Assembly: GCA_051859245.1 (NCBI GenBank)
Contig: JBHYGA010000001.1
Coordinates: 1,245,722 to 1,309,721 of the forward strand
Direction: 5' to 3'
DNA: 64,000 nt
From: Gemmatimonadaceae bacterium
GTDB lineage: Bacteria; Gemmatimonadota; Gemmatimonadetes; Gemmatimonadales; Gemmatimonadaceae
Positions 17,696-28,210 of this stretch are shown here, in pieces. The notes beneath the pieces are model-generated. The model did no database searches. It was not told the DNA's origin and saw only the letters and a program-made list of their open reading frames with translations. The translations under genes and the position numbers were made by a program. How positions within the stretch are numbered: position 1 is the first letter of the stretch; the number at the start of each line of letters is the position of its first letter.

Positions 17696-18142
17696 CTACA
17701 TCCCCCGATCGAACGACTCGCGGCCTGTCCGATTGGGGTACCGCTCGACTAGCGGTTGTGCCGTCGCGTTTTTCACCAACGGCGCGACCTTGGTCCCGAG
17801 GAGTTCGATGGCCTTCATGAGTTTGTGATGAGGAAGCGACGCGACGTTCATCTGAAACGTGTAACGCGAGACACCGCCGAGCACTTCACTATGCCGCAGA
17901 ATCTTGTCGGCAATCTCCTCGGGCTCTCCAACAAGCAAGGCGCCGTGCGGCCCGTTCTGCGCGTCAAATCCTGCGCGCGAAACGGGGCCCCAGCCTCTTT
18001 CCTCGCCGACACTGTCAAAGGCGACCTTGTATCCCGGGAAGAAATCAGCCTCTTCCACCAAGTCGCGGAGCCGATTCGACGGCTCGATGGCTAGCGCAGC
18101 ATAGCTGTACGCGGCAGCGAAACTGTCGATCCCGATTTCCAT
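17696..18142 (-). pseudogene. Internally deleted luciferase-like (LLM) flavin-dependent oxidoreductase
   Basis: Family N-terminus MEIGIDSFAA...RLRDLVEE fused directly to C-terminus DFFPGY...ERGW...GALLVG...IELLGTKVAP; central GEHH region missing. Confidence 0.75.
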
Positions 18143-18407
18143 GTGAAGGTCGCGCCTCATCTCTGGTGTCGGCACAGCGGCGGAAGTGGTCTGCCTATCG
18201 ATTCCGTCGCGACGTGTGACGGGTGTATCGCCACGATACCGATTTACGTGACGCGCCGTATCGACCCAAACGGGAATCTTGCGCTAGACCGAAGGTGGTA
18301 GAGATCCGCACTTGATTCGAACGCGGACCGGATGATTGGCAGACTCGGCCGAATCACCTACGTCTGTCGACGTACGCGCTTGTGAATGCGCGATTATAGA
18401 TTCGGTG

Positions 18408-19040
18408 ATGCATCTGCCACCGAGCATTCGTGTCCTCACCGTAGATGACCATCCACTAATTCGAAGCGGTCTCGAAGTAGTGCTTGGTAACGAAGCCGAC
18501 ATGCAGTTGGTCGCCGAGGCGTCCAACGGCGAAGAGGCGCTGGAGATGCATCGAGAGCACCAGCCTGACGTCACGCTCATGGATCTTCGGATGCCGGTGA
18601 TGGATGGAGTGGCTGCCATCAAAGCCATCCGAGAGGAATTCCCGTCAGCGCGAATCGTGGCCCTTACCACGTACGAAGGCGACGAGGACGTGCACCGCGC
18701 GCTCGCCGCCGGCGCCGTCGGCTACCTGCTGAAGGACATGCTGCGCACGGATCTGGTCGAGATGATCCGTCGCGTACACAGAGGCTATCGTGCGATACCA
18801 CCCGCCGTCGCAGCGAAGCTTGCGGAGTTCACACCCCGCATCGAGCTCACGCCGAGGGAGCTCGAGGTGCTGCACTGGATGGCGAAGGGGCGCAGCAATC
18901 CGGAAATTGCAGCAACGCTCGGCCGCGCAGAGAGCACCATGAAAGTACACGTGCGAAATATTCTGCAGAAACTCGGAACAGACGATCGGACGGATGCGGT
19001 GATGATCGCGGTACTGCGCGGCATCCTGCATTTGGAGTAG
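18408..19040 (+). CDS. NarL/LuxR-family response regulator
   Basis: VDDHP, LMDLRMP, GYLLKD, LTPRELEVL HTH. Confidence 0.95.
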   Translation: MHLPPSIRVLTVDDHPLIRSGLEVVLGNEADMQLVAEASNGEEALEMHREHQPDVTLMDLRMPVMDGVAAIKAIREEFPSARIVALTTYEGDEDVHRALAAGAVGYLLKDMLRTDLVEMIRRVHRGYRAIPPAVAAKLAEFTPRIELTPRELEVLHWMAKGRSNPEIAATLGRAESTMKVHVRNILQKLGTDDRTDAVMIAVLRGILHLE

Positions 19041-19044
19041 CGGC

Positions 19045-22000
19045 TTGCGCAGCGCGGCGCTCAGCGGACTTGGCGGCTCACTGCTGATCGCAGTGGCGTC
19101 GCAGGCCGTGGCGCAGACCGCAGCCCCAATTGATCGGCCACTCGCGCGCTGGCAACACACCACATGGTCGGCCGAATCCGATTTACCGCGTTACGGCGCA
19201 CACTTACCGCTGATAAGTCCCGACGGCTACTTGTGGCTGAGCGCACGCCGGAGCCTGATCCGATTTGATGGCGTGCAGTTCATGGTCTTCGACAGCACGA
19301 CTTCGCCGGCCCTGCGCACCACCAGCGCCGGCGAGTTCTTGCCTTGGGCTGTCGATCGACGTGGCGTCATGTGGATTGTCGGACCCGACGGACAGCTCAT
19401 CGCGTACGAGAACGGAAACCTCCGGATCGTGCTCCCAGCGGGAAGTGCGGTGGCCAGTTCGGTCACGAGTGATAGCGCCGGACGTATCTGGATACGCACG
19501 TCCGAGATGCGCGCAATGCTTGACGGAAAGTTTGTGGAGTCCCCACTCCCGAAGAGCATCGACCCGCGACGGATCAACGTGGTGCGCGCCGATACTGGGC
19601 GTGGTCACTGGGTGGGGACTGATGACGGCCTCCTTCACGTGGTCGACGGAGTCGTCACACGCATCGGCTCGGGTCAGATCAGTCCGATGCTTCAGTCGCG
19701 TGACGGCCGGCTCTGGGCGGTTGGCTCCGGGCTCGGGGGCGGCACCTGGCACTATGATGGCAAGCGATGGACACCGCTCATCTTGCCCGGGGGCACGAAG
19801 CCCGTGTTCGCGCGCTCGGCGCGAGAAGGACCTGACGGTTCTGTATGGATCAGCTCGAACATCGACGGGCTGGTGCGATGGCGGGCCGGGCGCATCGAGC
19901 GCTTTACTGAGGCGGACGGGCTGTCGAGTGACAGGATGTCCGCCGTCGTCGCGTTCGACGAGGACGGCGCCGTCTGGGCGACGACGCAGGAGGGCATTGA
20001 TCGGCTCCGGCCCAGCTCGTTCATGCGAGTGGACTCGCTGATCGAAGGGGCGTCGACCTCGCTGGGCGAGATTGCGACGGATGCCAGCGGCGCGCTTTGG
20101 ATGATCAGTCGCTCGCGGCAGCTGCTTCGGCTCGACTCCGGGCTGGTTCGTCCACGCGGCCTGGCCTGGGAGGCGAGCAGAGTACCCACTCCTGACGTCT
20201 TCGGGGGGAGGTTCGTCGCCCCCTCGCGTGAGGGCGTCTGGCTGCTGACAAGGCCGAATCGGTTGATGCACCGGACGCGCACGGCTATGCGCGTCTACGG
20301 GGCGGCGGGACTGCCGGAGGCCCAGCCCCTCGCCGCTCTTGAAGGTCGCGACGGGGCGCTGTGGTTGGCGTACGGGCCCGAATTCGGTCGGCTTCGAGAC
20401 GGGCGGTACCGAACGGTGGACCGCCCGGACTGCAACTTCCCGGTGGGCGCTCTTCTCAGCTTTGCCGAGGATGCACGCGGTGACATCTGGGCTGCGTGCG
20501 GGAAGCACGGCCCGCTCATGATCATCCGCGGGGATTCGGTGATTGATACCGTCTCTGTCCCCGGTCTCGGCGTTGGCGTGATCAACCGCATTGTTCATGA
20601 AGGTGGCGACACGCTCTGGTTCACCTCGTCGTCCCGTGTGCACCGCATCATTGGTCGACGTGTTGACGCGGTCGACGTCAAGGGAATCAGCTCCGTGCTT
20701 GAGGCGCAGACGCTTGCAGTGCTGGCGCAAGGACAGCTGTGGCTTGCGAGTGTGAATGGCATCGTGCGACTGCCGTTGAAGGCGTTGCACGGCGCGGCCG
20801 ACGGGACTGGTGTGCCCGTACGCGCGGAGTTCCTCGATGCACTGGATGGACTCCCTCGCCCGCGCCTCAATCGGCTCAATCCTCGTGCATTGCACGCCGG
20901 TGCGGATGGTCGAGTCTGGGTTGTCGCCCGCTCCGGGCTCGCGGTGAGTGACGGCTTTGTGCCACCGGGCGTTGCGCGTGCACCCGAAGCGCGTGTGGAT
21001 GAGGTGCGAGTGAACGGTCGCGTCTTTGCGCTCGACGCGCAGGACAACCGCTCTGTCATCGGCCAAACGCTCTCCTCCCGCGATGATCGCCTCGAGATCC
21101 GATTCTCCGCGCCGCACCTCTCGCTCGCGCGTCGAGTGCTCGTGGAGTATCGCCTCGAGGGCGTCGATGCGGACTGGCGCAGCGACTCGCTCACGCGCGT
21201 CGCGCAGTACTCACGCCTAGACCCCGGTGATTACCGCTTTCGCGTGCGCGCTTGGTCGCCGGATGGCAGTCGGTTTGGACAAGAAGCGTTGGTTGATTTT
21301 TCGGTGAAGGCCGTGTGGCATGAGAGTGCGTGGTTCCGTGCCGTGATTCTCTTCGCCGCCACCGCGATTGCCTTCGCGGTAGCGGTCACCTTGCAGCGCC
21401 GCCGCGCCCGCTTCGAGGCCGCCCGCATGCGGCGCGAGTTCGACGCCGTGCTCACGGAGCGCACGCGCATCGCGGGAGAACTTCACGATACGCTTCTCCA
21501 GGGCATCGCTGGCATCACACTCCATCTCGAGGGAGTTCGAGGCAAGCTTCCGCGCGACAGCGCGGTCACTGCTGCGCTCGCGGACATCGTGGGTCGCGCC
21601 GAGCACACGCTACGCGAGGCGCGCGCGATGGTCTGGGATATTCGGTCGGCGCCGGCAACGCCGCGTCCGGTCCACGAGTTGCTGCGCTCGCTGGCGTCTG
21701 AGGTGATTGGTTCGGAGTCGATCATTGTCACGTGCGAACACACCGGCGAGCCGCGATTGCTTGGCAACGAACTCGAGCACGCGATTCTGCGTGTAGCGCG
21801 CGAGGCACTACTGAATGCAGTGAAGCACGCCGAGCCGCGCAGCATCAGCATTGTGCTGCACTACGAACGAGAGCGCGTCACCCTCGAGGTCCGCGACGAC
21901 GGGAAGGGCACCGACGGCGCGCGCTTCAGCGACGCTCGAGCTGAGGGGCACTTTGGTGTGGCGGGGATGCATGAGCGGGCGCGTCGCGCTGGCGGAACAC

Positions 22001-22083
22001 TCACGTTGCATTCGGCGCCCGGACGCGGAACGCAGCTTCGACTCACGCTCCCGTCTCGCCCGTTGAATACGCAACAAGACTAG
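19045..22083 (+). CDS. Sensor histidine kinase (beta-propeller, Y_Y_Y, HisKA_3)
   Basis: Signal peptide, DGYLW repeats, YSRLDPGDYRFRVRA, TM, ERTRIAGELHDTLLQ, DDGKG. Confidence 0.92.
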   Translation: MRSAALSGLGGSLLIAVASQAVAQTAAPIDRPLARWQHTTWSAESDLPRYGAHLPLISPDGYLWLSARRSLIRFDGVQFMVFDSTTSPALRTTSAGEFLPWAVDRRGVMWIVGPDGQLIAYENGNLRIVLPAGSAVASSVTSDSAGRIWIRTSEMRAMLDGKFVESPLPKSIDPRRINVVRADTGRGHWVGTDDGLLHVVDGVVTRIGSGQISPMLQSRDGRLWAVGSGLGGGTWHYDGKRWTPLILPGGTKPVFARSAREGPDGSVWISSNIDGLVRWRAGRIERFTEADGLSSDRMSAVVAFDEDGAVWATTQEGIDRLRPSSFMRVDSLIEGASTSLGEIATDASGALWMISRSRQLLRLDSGLVRPRGLAWEASRVPTPDVFGGRFVAPSREGVWLLTRPNRLMHRTRTAMRVYGAAGLPEAQPLAALEGRDGALWLAYGPEFGRLRDGRYRTVDRPDCNFPVGALLSFAEDARGDIWAACGKHGPLMIIRGDSVIDTVSVPGLGVGVINRIVHEGGDTLWFTSSSRVHRIIGRRVDAVDVKGISSVLEAQTLAVLAQGQLWLASVNGIVRLPLKALHGAADGTGVPVRAEFLDALDGLPRPRLNRLNPRALHAGADGRVWVVARSGLAVSDGFVPPGVARAPEARVDEVRVNGRVFALDAQDNRSVIGQTLSSRDDRLEIRFSAPHLSLARRVLVEYRLEGVDADWRSDSLTRVAQYSRLDPGDYRFRVRAWSPDGSRFGQEALVDFSVKAVWHESAWFRAVILFAATAIAFAVAVTLQRRRARFEAARMRREFDAVLTERTRIAGELHDTLLQGIAGITLHLEGVRGKLPRDSAVTAALADIVGRAEHTLREARAMVWDIRSAPATPRPVHELLRSLASEVIGSESIIVTCEHTGEPRLLGNELEHAILRVAREALLNAVKHAEPRSISIVLHYERERVTLEVRDDGKGTDGARFSDARAEGHFGVAGMHERARRAGGTLTLHSAPGRGTQLRLTLPSRPLNTQQD

Positions 22084-22219
22084 TGCGACGGAAGTAGAGA
22101 AAAACACTTCTAGCGGTCGATTCGGGCGAGCACCGCGAGCCGTAACGGACGCGCACCTGAAGAATGAAGGTTCCGGAGGGTAAACCTTCCCGGGTTTGGT
22201 GGACACGGGGCGCTCGCTC

Positions 22220-22254
22220 GCCGTGATGCCGCGTTGTCGGCGCGGCATCACGGC
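22220..22254. terminator. 14-bp stem hairpin between convergent genes
   Basis: GCCGTGATGCCGCG-7nt-CGCGGCATCACGGC. Confidence 0.65.
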
Positions 22255-22263
22255 TAGTGAACA

Positions 22264-23280
22264 TCAGCTCCTCACGAACGCGAGCAGGTCCTCGTTCAGC
22301 CGCGCTTTATGTGTGTCGGTGAGCCCATGCGGCGCGCCCTCGTACACCTTGAGCGTCGCGTTACGCACGAGTTTCGCAGAAGCGTGTGCCGCTGCGCCGA
22401 TTGGTACCACCTGATCATCATCACCGTGCACGATGAGTGTCGGCACATCGAACTTGGCGAGGTCTTCGGTAAAGTCCGTTTCTGAGAACGCCTTGATGCA
22501 GTCGTACGCACTCTTGTGGCCACAGAGCATGCCCTGCATCCAGAACCATTCGGCGGCGCCCGCGGAGACTTTCGCTCCAGGTCGGTTGAAGCCGAAGAAC
22601 GGTCCATTCGCGAGGTCGCGGTAGAGTTGGGCGCGGTCGGCGATTGATGCGGCACGCAGACCGTCGAACACTTCGATCGGCAGGCCACCGGGATTCTTTG
22701 CGGTCTTGAGCATCAGCGGTGGGATCGCAGAGACAAGGACGATTTGGCGCACACGACTCGTGCCGTGGCGTCCGATGTAGCGTGCGACTTCGCCGCCGCC
22801 GGTAGAAAAACCGATGACGGTGATATCGCGGAGGTCGAGTGCTTCGATCAGTTCTGCAAGATCGTCGGCGTAGGTGTCCATCTCATTGCCGTCCCACGGC
22901 TGGCTCGATCGACCATGTCCGCGTCGATCGTGCGCAATGCAGCGGTAGCCGTTCGTCGCCAGGTGCATCATTTGCGCTTCCCAGCTGTCGGAGTTCAACG
23001 GCCATCCGTGACTGAACACTACGGGACGACCTTTGCCCCAGTCCTTGTAGTACATGGTGTTGCCATCGCGAAGCGTCAACGTGTTGCCCGTCAGCAGAGC
23101 CGTGGTGCTCATCGGTGGATTTCCTGTGGTGAGAGAGGGTGTTGGGTGGCGCGGCGAGAGCGTGGTGGAAGCGCTGGCGAGTGCGCCCGGAATTGCGGAC
23201 ACAGCAACTGTGGCCGCGCTCGCCGCGAGGAAGCGGCGGCGCGAGGGCAGCGCACTCGATCGTGCGGAGTCGTGATCCAT
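22264..23280 (-). CDS. cpo: Non-heme chloroperoxidase-type alpha/beta hydrolase, with in-frame Tat leader
   Basis: [47 protein letters not shown] leader. Confidence 0.9.
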   Translation of the reverse strand: MDHDSARSSALPSRRRFLAASAATVAVSAIPGALASASTTLSPRHPTPSLTTGNPPMSTTALLTGNTLTLRDGNTMYYKDWGKGRPVVFSHGWPLNSDSWEAQMMHLATNGYRCIAHDRRGHGRSSQPWDGNEMDTYADDLAELIEALDLRDITVIGFSTGGGEVARYIGRHGTSRVRQIVLVSAIPPLMLKTAKNPGGLPIEVFDGLRAASIADRAQLYRDLANGPFFGFNRPGAKVSAGAAEWFWMQGMLCGHKSAYDCIKAFSETDFTEDLAKFDVPTLIVHGDDDQVVPIGAAAHASAKLVRNATLKVYEGAPHGLTDTHKARLNEDLLAFVRS

Positions 23281-23515
23281 CGAGTTCTCTCCATCGAGAA
23301 AGTGGTCAGCGATCTATCGTGCATCGGTGACGGTACGTTAGACGGCCTGGCCCGCGCTCGAATCGACCTGACGATGTGTTTTTCCGTTCTCCTTTCGACG
23401 TAGAAAAAGAGCATGCGAATGGGTGCTGCGCGGTCACGAGCGGCGACGGCATTGTGTGTGCACGCTCGGGCTCACCTTCTGCGGCCCACGCACCACACCG
23501 ACAGGAGTCATCACG

Positions 23516-24220
23516 ATGTCAGAATTCAACGGCGTTCAAGCGCTCAGCGAAAAGGGGCTGCTTACACCATCGAACTCGGTGGTCGCCATCATTGATTTGC
23601 AGCCGCAAATGGTCTTTGGTGTGTCGGGGGCAGACCGCCAGGCGATTATTGACGCCAATCTTGTCCTGGCAAAAGCCGCACGCGTGTTTGATGTGCCCAC
23701 GGTGCTCTCCGCCGTTGAGACGACTACGTATAGCGGTCACATCCTCCCGCAGCTGCAAGCGGTGTTTCCCGCGGAGCCTGTGATTGAGCGCACCAGCATG
23801 AACGCGTGGGATGACGAAGCATTCCGTCGTGCAATCTCACAGACTGGTCGTCGCAAAATCGTACTTGCGGGTCTCTGGACTGAGACGTGCGTCGCGTTGC
23901 CAACGATTCAGGCGATTCACGATGATTTCGAGGTCTACGTCGTGGAAGACGCGTGTGGCGATGTGAGCGAGCTGGCGCATCGCAATGCGATGCAGCGCGT
24001 GATTCAGGCGGGCGCCAAGCCGGTCACCGCACTGTCCGTGATGCTGGAGTGGCAGCGTGATTGGGCGTACAAGCGCACGTACGACGCGGTCATGGGAATT
24101 GTTCGTACGCACTGCGGAGCGTACGGCGTTGGGGTGGAATACGCGTACACCATGGTGCATGGGGCGCCGCGTGCCACGTGGCCTGCGTACGAGCCCGGCG
24201 TACACGCCGCCAACGCATAG
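23516..24220 (+). CDS. ycaC: YcaC-like isochorismatase-family hydrolase
   Basis: IDLQPQM, ERTSMNAW, GLWTETC, EWQRDWA; AGGAG RBS. Confidence 0.88.
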   Translation: MSEFNGVQALSEKGLLTPSNSVVAIIDLQPQMVFGVSGADRQAIIDANLVLAKAARVFDVPTVLSAVETTTYSGHILPQLQAVFPAEPVIERTSMNAWDDEAFRRAISQTGRRKIVLAGLWTETCVALPTIQAIHDDFEVYVVEDACGDVSELAHRNAMQRVIQAGAKPVTALSVMLEWQRDWAYKRTYDAVMGIVRTHCGAYGVGVEYAYTMVHGAPRATWPAYEPGVHAANA

Positions 24221-24229
24221 GACCGCATC

Positions 24230-26053
24230 ATGACCGCCATCGCCGACCTCGTGCTCACGAACGCGCGCATTCACACGATGCACCCTACGCGCGCGACGGC
24301 AAGCGCGCTTGCTGTTGCCAACGGGCGCATTCTCGCCGCTGGTTCCGCCGCCGACGTGGCGCGGTTTGAGGGTCCCGACACACAGCGCATTGATGCGGGT
24401 GGCCGCACCGTGATCCCGGGCCTGAATGATTCGCACATTCACAGTATTCGCGGCGGCCTCAACTTCAATCTTGAGCTGCGTTGGGACGGTGTGCCGTCGC
24501 TGGCGGACGCGCTTCGGCTGTTGAGAGCGCAGGCGGCACGGACACCTGCAGGGCAGTGGGTGCGTGTGATCGGCGGCTGGAACGAGTTTCAGTTCGCGGA
24601 GCAACGCCCGCCCACACTCGATGAACTCAATCACGCCGCGCCGGAGACGCCTGTCTTCGTGCTGTATCTGTACGGCTACGCGCTGCTGAATCGTGCTGCA
24701 CTGGCTGCGGTGGGCTACACTCGCGACACACCGAATCCGATCGGCGGCGAAATCCAGCGTGACAAAGCCGGGCACCCCACGGGGTTACTCATTGCCAAGC
24801 CCAACGCATCGATCCTGTACGCGACGCTCGCCAAGGCTCCGCGACTTTCATTCGACGACCAGTTGAACTCGTCGCGACATTTCAATCGTGAGCTGAATCG
24901 ACTCGGCGTGACGAGCGTGATCGACGCCGGTGGCGGTTTTCAGAACTATCCCGACGATTACCGTGTCGTTGAGTCGTTGCACCGGTCTGGCGAGCTCACG
25001 GTGCGCGTGGCCTACAATCTCTTCACGCAACGTCCAGCAGACGAACTGGCGGACTTTCAACGCTGGTCCGAGCTGGTGCGACCGGGCGATGGCGACGCGT
25101 TCTACCGGATGAACGGTGCTGGCGAAATGCTGGTGTTCTCTGCCGCAGACTTTGAAGATTTTCTCGAGCCTCGCCCAACCCTTGCACCCATCATGGAACG
25201 TGAGCTGGAACAGGTGGTGCGTCATCTGGCACAGCAGCGATGGCCGTTTCGCCTGCACGCAACGTATGATGAGTCAATCACACGTTTCCTCGACGTGCTT
25301 GAACGCGTGAACCGTGATGTGCCATTCAGCGGACTCCGTTGGTGGTTCGACCACGCCGAGACGATTTCGGTACGCAATCTCGAACGCACGGCGGCCCTCG
25401 GGGGCGGCGTCGCCATTCAACATCGCATGGCGTTCCAGGGCGAGCACTTCATCGCACGTTATGGTGAGCGTGCTGCAGCGGAAGCGCCACCGGTGCGTCG
25501 CATGCTCGAGATGGGATTACCCGTTGGCGCGGGCACTGATGCAACGCGCGTTGCCAGTCACAATCCGTGGGTCGCGTTGTACTGGTTGGTGAGCGGCCGC
25601 ACGGTTGGTGGAACACTGATCCACCCGCTGGCGAAGCGACTGGATCGTGTCGAGGCGCTGCGACTGATGACGCATGGCAGTGCGTGGTTCTCCGGCGAAG
25701 AACACAGCAAGGGAGTACTCGACAGTGGAATGCTCGCGGATTTTGCGGTGCTGTCAGACGATTACTTCAGCGTCCCTGAAGACGAGATCAAGCGCATCGA
25801 GTCGGTGCTCACGGTGCTTGACGGTCGCGTGGTCCATGCGAGTGGACCTTTCGGCCCACTCGCTCCCGATGTCCCCGCGGTGAGTCCGGACTGGTCGCCC
25901 GTTGCGCATCGCGACGCTGAGCATCACCACCACCACCACGATCACCACTTGCAGGACTCGCATCAGCGCCACGCGCACCGCCGGCACGCGCATTCGCACG
26001 GGTTTTCACCAGGCGATCCGTTCGCGTCCGGGTGCAACTGTTTCGTATTCTGA
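24230..26053 (+). CDS. YtcJ-like amidohydrolase with His-rich tail
   Basis: PGLNDSHIH, FRLHATY, DHAE, GTDATRV; C-terminal poly-His and GCNCFVF. Confidence 0.92.
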   Translation: MTAIADLVLTNARIHTMHPTRATASALAVANGRILAAGSAADVARFEGPDTQRIDAGGRTVIPGLNDSHIHSIRGGLNFNLELRWDGVPSLADALRLLRAQAARTPAGQWVRVIGGWNEFQFAEQRPPTLDELNHAAPETPVFVLYLYGYALLNRAALAAVGYTRDTPNPIGGEIQRDKAGHPTGLLIAKPNASILYATLAKAPRLSFDDQLNSSRHFNRELNRLGVTSVIDAGGGFQNYPDDYRVVESLHRSGELTVRVAYNLFTQRPADELADFQRWSELVRPGDGDAFYRMNGAGEMLVFSAADFEDFLEPRPTLAPIMERELEQVVRHLAQQRWPFRLHATYDESITRFLDVLERVNRDVPFSGLRWWFDHAETISVRNLERTAALGGGVAIQHRMAFQGEHFIARYGERAAAEAPPVRRMLEMGLPVGAGTDATRVASHNPWVALYWLVSGRTVGGTLIHPLAKRLDRVEALRLMTHGSAWFSGEEHSKGVLDSGMLADFAVLSDDYFSVPEDEIKRIESVLTVLDGRVVHASGPFGPLAPDVPAVSPDWSPVAHRDAEHHHHHHDHHLQDSHQRHAHRRHAHSHGFSPGDPFASGCNCFVF

Positions 26054-26074
26054 CCTCTGCCAGGGATCGCCACC

Positions 26075-26554
26075 ATGCGCCGTACCAAGCACGATCTGCC
26101 CGAAGCAATCCGAAGCGCGAACGTCGAGTTGCTCAATGCGCGACTCGCAGACGCCGTCGACCTGATGATGCAAGCCAAGCAAGCACACTGGACGGTGCGC
26201 GGCCCCGCGTTCATCGCGCAGCACGAATTATTTGACAAGGTGCACGAGTCTGCGCGCGCGCACGCGGACCTGTTGGCCGAACGTGTGTCCCAACTCGGAG
26301 GACTGGCGGAGGGAACAGTGCGCCACGCCGCGAAAAGATCAACACTGCCGCACTATCCGGAGTCGATCTCGGCGTCGCAGGAACACGTTGACGCACTTTC
26401 GTCGGCACTGGCAGCGTTCGCCGCGACGGTTCGCACTGCAATCGATACCACGGCCGAACGCGGAGACGCTGGAACCGCAGACGTCTTCACGGAGATCTCT
26501 CGAGACACGGACCTGATGCTCTGGTTCGTGGAAGCACATCTTGATGCGGACTGA
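26075..26554 (+). CDS. dps: DNA starvation/stationary phase protection protein Dps
   Basis: KQAHWTVRGPAFIAQHELFD, DLLAER, LWFVEAH. Confidence 0.93.
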   Translation: MRRTKHDLPEAIRSANVELLNARLADAVDLMMQAKQAHWTVRGPAFIAQHELFDKVHESARAHADLLAERVSQLGGLAEGTVRHAAKRSTLPHYPESISASQEHVDALSSALAAFAATVRTAIDTTAERGDAGTADVFTEISRDTDLMLWFVEAHLDAD

Positions 26555-28172
26555 TCCAGACCTTCGTGGGGCCGCGAACCCGCGCGTTGCCGAGAGCAGC
26601 GGTTCGGCGCTCCGGCCGTTGCACAGCACTGCGTTTCGCGTGCTTTGGACGGCGACGATCGTCAGTAACGTGGGGGCCTGGATTCACGATGTCGGCGCCG
26701 CGTGGTTGATGACCGAACTCACGTCCTCTCCGCTCATGGTATCACTCGTGCAGACGGCCACCACCTTGCCAGTACTGCTCTTCGCGCTACCGGCAGGCGC
26801 GCTGGCCGACGTATTTGATCGACGACGCGTTCTGATCGCGGCGCAGGTCTGGATGACAGCGGCGGCGGGATCGCTGGCACTGTTGACGTACGCTGGTGGC
26901 ATCACAGCAACCAGCTTGCTGCTGCTCACGGTGGCGATGGGTGTGGGAACCGCGTTGAGCGCGCCGGCGTGGCAATCAATCGTGCCAGAACTTGTGCCAC
27001 CCGGGGAGTTGCCAGCCGCAGTTACGCTTAACAGCGCCGGAATCAATGTCGCGCGCGCCGTCGGCCCCGCGATCGGCGGTGTGCTGATTGCCGCATTCGG
27101 CCCGGCCATTGCATTCCTCGCGAATGCGCTCTCGTTTTTCGGTGTCACCGGTGGGCTACTCTGGTGGCGCCGACCGACGCCTGCAACGTCTCTGCCACGA
27201 GAACAATTGGGTGAGGCGGTTGGGCTCGGCGTTCGCTACGTGCGCAACAATCCGCAGTTGCTTGTCGTGCTCTGGCGAACGATGTCGTTCATCGTGTTCG
27301 GGAGTGCGCTGTGGGCGTTGCTCCCAATCGTGGCGCGCACACAGCTGGGCGCTACCGCTTCCGGGTACGGCGTCCTCCTTGGCGCCATCGGCGTTGGCGC
27401 GCTGCTCGCAACGCCGATTCTTCCGATGCTTCGTGAACGTCTGTCGGCAGACACGCTAGTCGTTCTGGCCACGCTCAGCTACGCCGGAGTGATGATGGTC
27501 GCGGCGCTTGTTGGCGAGTTTGCGATCGTCCTCGGAGCACTCGTGATTGCCGGCGGCGCGTGGCTCGTGCTTCTCGCCACTTTTCAAACTGGTGCGCAAC
27601 TGACTGTGCCGTCGTGGGTGCGCGGGCGTGCACTTGCTTTGTACCTGATGGTGTTCTTCGGCGGTCAGGCGTTCGGCAGTGTCGCCTGGGGATTCTGTGC
27701 GGAACATGCTGGCGTCCCGCTCGCGCTCAGCTTGGCAGCCGTCGGGGCCGCGCTCGCGCTGGTCGTGCAGCGTTGGTTTCCACTCAACGCGCTCAAGCGT
27801 GTCGATCATTCATCGTCGCGGTATTGGCCTGCGCACGACGCGGTACCACTCGATGCGAATGCACGAACAGAACGTCGGGTGTTGGTGACGACGGAATACA
27901 TTGTGCGCGAACAAGAACAGGTCGACTTCACGCGTGCGATGATGCCGTTGCGCCGCGCGCGTCTTCGCAGTGGGGCGCACAGTTGGGAGCTCGCGCAGGA
28001 CATGGCCAACCCTGAACGCTGGCTGGAACTGTTCACCCTATCATCATGGGAAGCGCATCTGCGTCAACATGAGCGTGCGTCTGCCGACGACTGGGACGTG
28101 CGCGTCGCCGCGAGGCGGTTTCATGTCGCAGAGCAGGATCCGGTAGTTACACATCTCCTCATTGCCCGCTAG
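26544..28172 (+). CDS. MFS transporter with C-terminal soluble extension
   Basis: ~12 hydrophobic segments, GALADVFDRRR, C-terminal SWEAHLRQHER. Confidence 0.92.
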   Translation: MRTDPDLRGAANPRVAESSGSALRPLHSTAFRVLWTATIVSNVGAWIHDVGAAWLMTELTSSPLMVSLVQTATTLPVLLFALPAGALADVFDRRRVLIAAQVWMTAAAGSLALLTYAGGITATSLLLLTVAMGVGTALSAPAWQSIVPELVPPGELPAAVTLNSAGINVARAVGPAIGGVLIAAFGPAIAFLANALSFFGVTGGLLWWRRPTPATSLPREQLGEAVGLGVRYVRNNPQLLVVLWRTMSFIVFGSALWALLPIVARTQLGATASGYGVLLGAIGVGALLATPILPMLRERLSADTLVVLATLSYAGVMMVAALVGEFAIVLGALVIAGGAWLVLLATFQTGAQLTVPSWVRGRALALYLMVFFGGQAFGSVAWGFCAEHAGVPLALSLAAVGAALALVVQRWFPLNALKRVDHSSSRYWPAHDAVPLDANARTERRVLVTTEYIVREQEQVDFTRAMMPLRRARLRSGAHSWELAQDMANPERWLELFTLSSWEAHLRQHERASADDWDVRVAARRFHVAEQDPVVTHLLIAR

Positions 28173-28210
28173 TTCCGGTTCCTACGCCACCGATGTTCGA
28201 ATCGGACTCG

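Noticed and set aside
19204..21117. 637-aa minus-strand ORF (likewise 49754-51529)
   Set aside because: Antisense shadows of well-supported genes, expected at high GC
22043..22264. GLPSGTFILQVRV resembling a Y_Y_Y fragment
   Set aside because: Too short, overlaps a terminator hairpin; may be chance
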